A stretch of 64,000 bases of DNA from positions 124,001 to 188,000 of IMG/VR virus record IMGVR_UViG_3300032245_001860. One strand, written 5' to 3'. Shown piece by piece: positions 58,101 through 64,000 of this stretch. Numbering within the stretch: the stretch's first letter is position 1; every line of letters starts with the position of its first letter. The position numbers and the translations under genes were made by a program. The notes beneath the pieces are model-generated. The model was given only the letters and a program-made list of their open reading frames with translations, was not told the origin of the DNA and searched no databases.

Positions 58101-58897
58101 GATTTGATAAAGGTGCTGTTACAAATGGTGGGTTTGCTCAAAATACAGTCGGAGTAGGAACAGCAACAACAAACACAACCTCTCAAAAAACTGCAAATTC
58201 ATTATCTTACTTAAGTTCCTACAGTTCTGTATATTCAGGAACTGCTTCTACATCTTATGGATTACCTGTTACAACCTTAATTTCATCTTCAACAAATGAT
58301 TTCAACGCAGATAATATAGTTCCAACTCCTGATGTTTTAGATCCAGTAGGTGATGTTGGAAATGTTTCTGTAGATTTATTTGAGGGTCCAATACATTTTG
58401 CAAATATTTACAATCCAATTTCTGTCCATTATTCGAACAGTAAAATTATAATTGCTCAGCCTTTTAGTGATTCTGTTTTAGCTTTTAATGATGATTCTTC
58501 TTTATCATTGGCATGGAAGATATCAAGTGATGTAGCAGAGTTTATAGACACTAAGCTTGGATCTGTTTATGAATTATCCGACGGTGTTGTCATATTAGGT
58601 TGTCCAATCACAGATAACAATGCGACAGGTAGATTGATAAAATACAGAGTCTCTGGTGGAATTATTGAAACAAAACTATTATTCAATAATCTTGATGTAA
58701 TAAAAGCTTTACCTGGGCCTGATCAAGATAATTTTTATGTTCTTTTAGATGATTCTGTCAATAATGGCACAAACACAAGATTGAAGTTAGTTGATATTTC
58801 TGGAAATATTATTTCTGTTTGGGGTGAAAATTATGAAATTATCCACCCTAAAGGATTGAGATTACTTTCTAATAATGACATTTTGGTATCTGAATAA
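55196..58897 (+). CDS. Virion structural protein with a C-terminal beta-propeller/NHL-like region
   Basis: TPFYNLGYLEP N-terminus; SDTLNDRVV, IIIAQPFSDSV, HPKGLRLL repeats. Confidence 0.55.
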   Translation: MGNTPFYNLGYLEPSQDLSKNLDLDEKRFKTIDTQLYAVYQIFRNGIIEDSNNNVSWQVETYADTNKFLKVSVTSGKGHVAYKAAETTASKDVTLPVIPLDATEVKIWIYAVENLNTPVTKDVDFIASLLRIDDIDNYVNVGGVVVNVSANTISVFTDERQIITIFSSLSSSLTNHKHIGGSVNPAPINLQDHVINKLSGEYIDNLNLDKVTTGKLDAARLPQIDHNTLTNKGTLTHTQIDSLLTQYLEQDSTYKLADLSIANRLQTLVALKKQSGFEYIDKTQINTIVYVPGIWPNTLANTSTGTTSNFSDRNVPGALIGATILDSAPWSSGLGISGSTSDSVFSDVRTYATRRDFETAKTYNQDQSIGFFENITIVGDNLDDSAGYFTISNPLNFSAIEQPVTNIFNEASGWNRAINTTSNYSGGTVSVDTRLYSYKLFDNPIPMNEVSKVGIGFSVGLGTTSSKIGQIYMYLVLGSDDNDPQFANDIAVTFDSGQYFPTTGPSKLYLSSTDGSEIGYKIFDDSTDSASIGSSVYKIVSLENLWPAQNRTSVKGLGFYWSSLKGWNPEKSINFYLNTPSDDQVNPYPYNYDTLQTARKSSATNSTASMFLWNDSLYAGTGKFLFRFDSGLNNTIYNLVQWTSSKPSGTTYSLTTRTDINNTVFDDLANIDDSTELAYGYLASTSSQGRYLDVLVTLNSDSTKAYAPEFDLLKIYYSTVGTGNTKTYNARFSNFSTAQTGWETEQYYAKNIGFGSTYFEDNRLKNTMKISSTNSIGNWIFLRNNSAISAYTSQTEVIYEDGIDIANLSTYLSPVQIYNKSLDRGFSSPKDFQALANGSNLYSDTLNDRVVMFDLDGNITRIIQGNLRLKQSNRDFVVLGAYFNPTIRKIWVAFSQNISTTTPFDPTKIYIDYDSISVRLDDTRIDQNNTGLFDLVSNTSSTLEITFKNNDLGIALSAAISSARIKRIRFDKGAVTNGGFAQNTVGVGTATTNTTSQKTANSLSYLSSYSSVYSGTASTSYGLPVTTLISSSTNDFNADNIVPTPDVLDPVGDVGNVSVDLFEGPIHFANIYNPISVHYSNSKIIIAQPFSDSVLAFNDDSSLSLAWKISSDVAEFIDTKLGSVYELSDGVVILGCPITDNNATGRLIKYRVSGGIIETKLLFNNLDVIKALPGPDQDNFYVLLDDSVNNGTNTRLKLVDISGNIISVWGENYEIIHPKGLRLLSNNDILVSE

Positions 58898-58898
58898 A

Positions 58899-59822
58899 AT
58901 GATAACACTTATAAATGAAAAGAGTAAAACAATACATGTAAACAAAACTTTAGATATAAGTTTTGTTTCTAAAAATATTTCTTTTGAAGAATCCAAAATA
59001 ACAATAGATGATGTTTTTCAAATAAATCTTTTACCCGAAGATGACACTTTATTTTTTAATTTTGATAATACTAACAATTTAAAAAATTCATTTTTGTTGA
59101 ATTTTAATTATGATATTTTGGTAGAAGTAAAGTTTAATAGTGTTTTGTTTGCAAAAGATGATTACAATTATTATGTCACTTCAGATAATTGCCTTTTTGA
59201 AGTAGATAATGAAGGAATTGTTATAGTAAGAATAAATGATAAAAGTTCATCAATAAAATTGTCTTATTATAATCATCATAAAAAACAAGATAGTTTCAAA
59301 ACATTAAGTTATGCTGCAAATGCCACGTTTATAACTGAAAATGATTATGTTCCAGAGTTTTCCATAGCAACATTTGATGATAGTAACTTTGCAATATCAA
59401 GACCTATAAGACAAGGTGTTCCAATTATTTCAACTGTTCCATCTTTTATTGACGGCAACTCTTCTGCAGCCGATGTTTCATTTTTCAATACTGGTAAAGG
59501 CAATTATTACAAAACTATTTATTTTAGAATCATTTGCAACAAAATAATGGAAAATATTTCTCCAAATGATTTGTCTGAATTGAAGTTGAAAATATATATG
59601 CCAAATGGATTAGATACTGTAAAAACTGCCATTTACAATGATATGTATTTAGTGTCTAATGATTCGACAAATAACTATTCAATATACAGATCAAGTTTTA
59701 ATTTCTATATCCAAGGCAATTATGACGGAATTGACTATGTTGATGGGTACATGTATACAGATGTCCATGTTCCCTTAACTGTACAAACAATTATGCCTAT
59801 TGAGATTGATTTCAGTCTCTAA
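58899..59822 (+). CDS. Hypothetical protein (probable start 58899)
   Basis: ATG 1 nt after the upstream stop; very AT-rich. Confidence 0.55.
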   Translation: MITLINEKSKTIHVNKTLDISFVSKNISFEESKITIDDVFQINLLPEDDTLFFNFDNTNNLKNSFLLNFNYDILVEVKFNSVLFAKDDYNYYVTSDNCLFEVDNEGIVIVRINDKSSSIKLSYYNHHKKQDSFKTLSYAANATFITENDYVPEFSIATFDDSNFAISRPIRQGVPIISTVPSFIDGNSSAADVSFFNTGKGNYYKTIYFRIICNKIMENISPNDLSELKLKIYMPNGLDTVKTAIYNDMYLVSNDSTNNYSIYRSSFNFYIQGNYDGIDYVDGYMYTDVHVPLTVQTIMPIEIDFSL

Positions 59823-59823
59823 T

Positions 59824-59848
59824 AGGTCTATTTTCTGTCAAATAAGAA
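59824..59848 (+). promoter_or_regulatory. Putative late promoter variant AGG-N17-AAGAA
   Basis: Intergenic, same spacing as the other copies. Confidence 0.45.
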
Positions 59849-59884
59849 TATTAAAAACAAAATAAACAAGCCTTGGTGGATCAT

Positions 59885-62800
59885 ATGGCCTTTGATGTCA
59901 CAATAATTTTACCCAATAATCTAAGAAGTGGATATTTACAATCAGAGTTTGTAGCTTCTGGTTTAGCATATACCACTAATAAATTTTCATTTGATCCATC
60001 TCTTGACACCAATAGAAATCAAATTAGTTTAGGATTTCAATTAAGAAATAAAACAACTCGCGATCTTACTACTTTAGCAAGAATCAAAACTCTTTCTTTG
60101 TCAAATGATCCCTACTTTGAGCCAACATCTACTATTACTATTAGTAATTGGCCACCTAACCCAGAATTATTCAATTCAACTTATGATTATACTTACGATA
60201 TAAATACAAACTATTTTTTCGATAACACATTGAATCAAGGTTCGTTTGGAGGAACATCTTCAGGATCTGGTTTATTCAAGGTAAATAACTGGGCTTTATC
60301 TGCAAATGGTGGACTTTCAAGAGTTTATCTAAAAGCAATTATTGAAGCCCCTAATGGTCAGCTTGTTGAATACCCTAATGGATACGGAATTTATGACACA
60401 ATCATTTGGGAAGGCACTTTACCAACAAATCCTGACAAACTTGAATACTCTTCTTTGAAGACAGGGTACACAGGTAAAAGTTCTATCTTCAACTTCAAAT
60501 CATCAACATCAAAAGCTCAAACAAATGATGATGGCATAGGTGCTTATCTTTTTAGTTCATATGAAGTTACAAGTACTGGCAATACAGTTGATTTGTATTC
60601 CCATGTTGGAAACACAGTTTATAGATCATTATGCCCATCATCAAGCATAGCATCTACGGGATCAAATGCTTATAATTTCTATACAGACTCTGGAATCACT
60701 ACCTACAGTTCAAGATCTTACACAATAAACTCTGGAGCAGCAGTTTCATCATATGGATTCAATAGTGGTGTAATATTATATAGTAACTCAAAAGTTTTAC
60801 CAACTACAGATAAGCCAGATATCATGGTTCAAGGTTATCTTAATTATTACACTGGAAGTATTAGAGACACTTCTCACGCTTATCTAAAACTTTATAGACT
60901 TCCAGAATATCAAGCCACTAATCACGAATTAGCCTTAAGAGTTGATATTCCTGAAAATGACAACCCAACCTCATATCTTTACACTATCACTAATGGAACA
61001 GCTTCTACAAGTCAGCAAGTGACCACATTGCCAAATAGCTTATTACCATTACTAAAGAGTGGTGGACTATATGAAATGTATTATTCACAACTTGATAATA
61101 CATATGCATATGTAGAAGGATATTTCACTCCTACATCTGACCAAGATCAATCTTCAAGAAAAAGTTACCTTATTGCAAATTCCTTAATAACAAGTTTTGG
61201 ATCAACTACTTTAGGCGCTGCACTTGGTTATCAAAGATCTGCAGCTTTAGGATCCTCTTCAAATGTAAATATTGGAGAACTTTGTATTGCTCGAGGTAAA
61301 AATATTCTTTCTGCAGATATTGGCGATTGCTTAAATGATAATCTTACAAGCTCTAATTCTCCTGTTGTATCTATCACATCAGATTGGACTGGTGCTCAAA
61401 ATGTTGATTATATTTACTTGAATGACATCAACCCAGACATTTCATTTGAATATAGCGCTAATTCTTCTTATTTTGAAATTCAAAAAATTGATGTAAACAA
61501 TACTTTATTGAACAAAAATGTTTCTGAAATTCAATTGTATAAACCATCGATGTCTACAAGATGCTCATTAGAAGTAAAAGTTAGACATAGAACTGATGAT
61601 TTCTATATTGCACTAAGTCAAAAATCTTCTTATAGACCACACACTGAAAATAATCTTCAGGTTGAATGGGATAGCCCTATGGGTTCAAGATGCTTAGACT
61701 CTTTTGTTTATGCTGAAAATCCTGTAAACGCTCCAACTATTTCAGTAGTATTTAGTAAAGTTAAAAATCAAATAATTATTCTTCAAAGAAATGAAGATAA
61801 TACAATATCTAAAACACTTCTTAAGACTTACAAACCAAGTGATACATATGATCGATATCTGATTGAAATTACAGACAAAGTTCCTAATTATCTTGAAAGC
61901 AAATCGGTAAATAGCACTTGGATATTTGTCAAAGCTATAACAGGTTCTAATTTAGATGTTCTGGGGTATGCAAGATTAAATAACAAAATGCCAAGCTCTT
62001 CTTCAGGATTAGGTTATTATGCAGCTTGTGGATTTATAAATTCTTCTTACAATAATTCCAGTAGCACAACATATAATAGAATTTATGAAATGATTTTTAG
62101 AGGTATGCCAAGTTTAAATAACTTGGAAACTGAAAATTATGCTTCAATCAGAACAGTTTCACTTGCACCTGAAGCAATTTCTAATAACAAGTTTTATTTA
62201 GGTCAAAAGTTATTATCTGGTCTTACTGACTTTCAAGACTTTATTTATTCTAATCCAGAATCAAGTGCAATAGGTGTAACAGTAGTTGTAGCTTCCAATG
62301 GAACAAATGTAAACACTGCTACTATAGCTTCATCTACTGTTGATGGAGTTTCCTTAGCTTCTTTGCCTGTAAATTCTTACGTTTTACTTAAGGATCAAAC
62401 AAATCTTTCTCAGAATGGTTTATATCTTAAGAGTGGTACATCAACATACACTTTAGATACTTCCAATTACAATGTTCCATATAATATTACAAATGGAGAT
62501 GTAAATGGTGGAGCTACTTTTTATAAAATAAAAACTCAGAAAGATAATGAAGTTGCAGATTTATTTTTATCAACAAGTTATTTTGCTCAAATAAATATAG
62601 GACAAATTTCAAATTTTGTTTCTTCTTTGAGAGCACAACTTTTTGAATTTAAATTGAACTTTACAAATTATGAAGTTCCAGTTGATCTGACCAAAATAAA
62701 AACAAGATTTTACAGTGACGTAAGTGATTCACCTGATTTCGACAACCCACTTACTGATTGGCTTACTATAGCAACAACACCACTAATAGACACTTATACT

Positions 62801-63856
62801 GTCGCACCTCATCATAATTTAGTTCAAGTTATAATGTCTGACACAGCAAACTCAGCTCCTTCTGTATCTTCTTTAGATAAAATTTGGGTTCAGATTGTAC
62901 TTCCTTTCAACACAGCTTTAGCATCAGCATTTGGACCATCAACTACTTCATCTTATATAACAAAAGGAAAGTTTACTTATTATAAAATTGCTAATAATCT
63001 TTGGCATAAACTTTTTGCAAGATATACAAGTAAATCTTTCAATGCTACACACAAAAATATACAGCATGCAAGAATGAGAGCTAAGTCTCATGCTCAATTA
63101 GAATCTAATTCGACAAATATAACTGGGCCTGTTACAGTTGATATTTTAGGACCTCAATACAATGGTGGTATTCCAAAAATTGACAATCTTACAAATGATA
63201 ACTTGAGATCTATTGAACTTTCAATATTAGCTGAAGACAATGAGTCTGGAATATTAGCTTTCAGAGTTGGCAGATATATTGATAACTTTAGAACTCAATA
63301 CACTCCTTGGATGTCTTGGAATCAGTTTACTGTAGATAATGGTGGTAAATATTTTATTTATCTTTATGGAAATTTGAATTATTACACTTCTGGAACAGCA
63401 AACTCAACTTTTGATTATCAGAATATGGGTTTTTCTGGACCAAGAAAAATTTGGATTCAGTTGATGGACTATTCTGGTAATGTAAGTCAATCTTATCCAA
63501 TAACTTTTGTAGCTCAATCTTGGGGTTTAGTAGACACACAACCTCCAATTGGTAGTGCTTCTTTCTATAATCCAAAAACATATTCAAATGTTGAGGTTAC
63601 TAACTTAATATCTTCAGTTGTAAAGTTAGAAGCCAGCGATACTGTATCAGGTGTCAAAGATTTCAAAATGAGAAGAATTTATGACTCTGGAGCTGATGAT
63701 TGGAGTAACTGGCAATACTACAGTCCATATACAAATGTTAGCCTCAGTGGAGAAAAAGACGGAGTTAAAAAAGTAGAATTTTTATTTAGAGATTTTGGAA
63801 ACAACGCAATGCAACCAGAAATAATTTGGGAAAAAGTAAAGAGGCCAAGCAAATAA
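59885..63856 (+). CDS. Large tail-fibre/baseplate-associated protein with Ig-like modules (probable start ATG 59885)
   Basis: STVDGVSL..NSYVLLKDQTNLSQNGLY matches a common phage fibre motif; two DxxSG..FR/MR...W.xW modules at the C-terminus. Confidence 0.6.
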   Translation: MAFDVTIILPNNLRSGYLQSEFVASGLAYTTNKFSFDPSLDTNRNQISLGFQLRNKTTRDLTTLARIKTLSLSNDPYFEPTSTITISNWPPNPELFNSTYDYTYDINTNYFFDNTLNQGSFGGTSSGSGLFKVNNWALSANGGLSRVYLKAIIEAPNGQLVEYPNGYGIYDTIIWEGTLPTNPDKLEYSSLKTGYTGKSSIFNFKSSTSKAQTNDDGIGAYLFSSYEVTSTGNTVDLYSHVGNTVYRSLCPSSSIASTGSNAYNFYTDSGITTYSSRSYTINSGAAVSSYGFNSGVILYSNSKVLPTTDKPDIMVQGYLNYYTGSIRDTSHAYLKLYRLPEYQATNHELALRVDIPENDNPTSYLYTITNGTASTSQQVTTLPNSLLPLLKSGGLYEMYYSQLDNTYAYVEGYFTPTSDQDQSSRKSYLIANSLITSFGSTTLGAALGYQRSAALGSSSNVNIGELCIARGKNILSADIGDCLNDNLTSSNSPVVSITSDWTGAQNVDYIYLNDINPDISFEYSANSSYFEIQKIDVNNTLLNKNVSEIQLYKPSMSTRCSLEVKVRHRTDDFYIALSQKSSYRPHTENNLQVEWDSPMGSRCLDSFVYAENPVNAPTISVVFSKVKNQIIILQRNEDNTISKTLLKTYKPSDTYDRYLIEITDKVPNYLESKSVNSTWIFVKAITGSNLDVLGYARLNNKMPSSSSGLGYYAACGFINSSYNNSSSTTYNRIYEMIFRGMPSLNNLETENYASIRTVSLAPEAISNNKFYLGQKLLSGLTDFQDFIYSNPESSAIGVTVVVASNGTNVNTATIASSTVDGVSLASLPVNSYVLLKDQTNLSQNGLYLKSGTSTYTLDTSNYNVPYNITNGDVNGGATFYKIKTQKDNEVADLFLSTSYFAQINIGQISNFVSSLRAQLFEFKLNFTNYEVPVDLTKIKTRFYSDVSDSPDFDNPLTDWLTIATTPLIDTYTVAPHHNLVQVIMSDTANSAPSVSSLDKIWVQIVLPFNTALASAFGPSTTSSYITKGKFTYYKIANNLWHKLFARYTSKSFNATHKNIQHARMRAKSHAQLESNSTNITGPVTVDILGPQYNGGIPKIDNLTNDNLRSIELSILAEDNESGILAFRVGRYIDNFRTQYTPWMSWNQFTVDNGGKYFIYLYGNLNYYTSGTANSTFDYQNMGFSGPRKIWIQLMDYSGNVSQSYPITFVAQSWGLVDTQPPIGSASFYNPKTYSNVEVTNLISSVVKLEASDTVSGVKDFKMRRIYDSGADDWSNWQYYSPYTNVSLSGEKDGVKKVEFLFRDFGNNAMQPEIIWEKVKRPSK

Positions 63857-64000
63857 TGAATAAAACATTATATACTGCCATGACTACTTGGCAAGGACCA
63901 TATGATTCAGAAAGTGTTGTTTATTTAGCTGGCATTACCCAAAAAATATACAAAAATCTCAAATTAGTTAACAGTTTTGACCCAGATTATCCCGACAACA
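63856..64000 (+). CDS. Partial hypothetical protein (runs off the right edge)
   Basis: ATG overlaps the previous TAA; reads MNKTLYTAMTTWQGPYDSESVVYLAG... with no stop before the window ends. Confidence 0.55.
   Translation, partial: MNKTLYTAMTTWQGPYDSESVVYLAGITQKIYKNLKLVNSFDPDYPDN

Noticed and set aside
654-63587. Many short opposite-strand or alternate-frame ORFs in the track (e.g. 654-908, 1558-1890, 11315-11878, 13726-14022, 16003-16392, 18561-18950, 29598-30011, 40210-40524)
   Set aside because: They lie wholly inside longer, motif-bearing ORFs, lack start signals and show the Ser/Leu/Phe-rich composition of shadow frames.
1-64000. tRNA, rRNA, integrase, transposase or intein
   Set aside because: Intergenic gaps are short and explained by terminators or promoters; I saw no cloverleaf, recombinase, DDE or intein splice motifs by eye.

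Overview
AT-rich 64 kb segment of a large tailed dsDNA phage (Caudoviricetes, host not determinable). It holds most of the virion morphogenesis region plus an inserted sugar-modification island. Order: tail end of a UDP-galactopyranose mutase gene; a block of head-associated hypothetical proteins; portal with a C-terminal DUF559-like nuclease domain; a 1405-aa prohead protease/scaffold; an acidic scaffold; a decoration protein; a short HK97-fold major capsid protein (+ strand, 170-16611). Behind a strong terminator lies a sugar operon: two nucleotidyltransferases (one fused to a HAD phosphatase), a methyltransferase, a cupin, a RuBisCO-like form IV protein, two glycosyltransferase-like proteins and an HddA-like kinase, followed by an NlpC/P60 peptidase. 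Next come minus-strand tail-tube/chaperone/neck genes and plus-strand large baseplate/fibre-like genes. Best leads: (1) a phage RuBisCO-like protein inside an apparent nucleotide-sugar pathway; (2) a recurring [KR]-x-A motif with WY[KR]K leaders that looks like a protease-linked capsid cargo-addressing system; (3) two promoter classes, AGG-N17-xAGAA before structural genes and sigma70-like leaderless promoters, one of them a palindrome serving both strands; (4) an orphan promoter firing into an AT-rich repeat array (candidate R-loop origin); (5) a probable UGA readthrough fusion. All family assignments are by-eye motif recognition; no searches were run.
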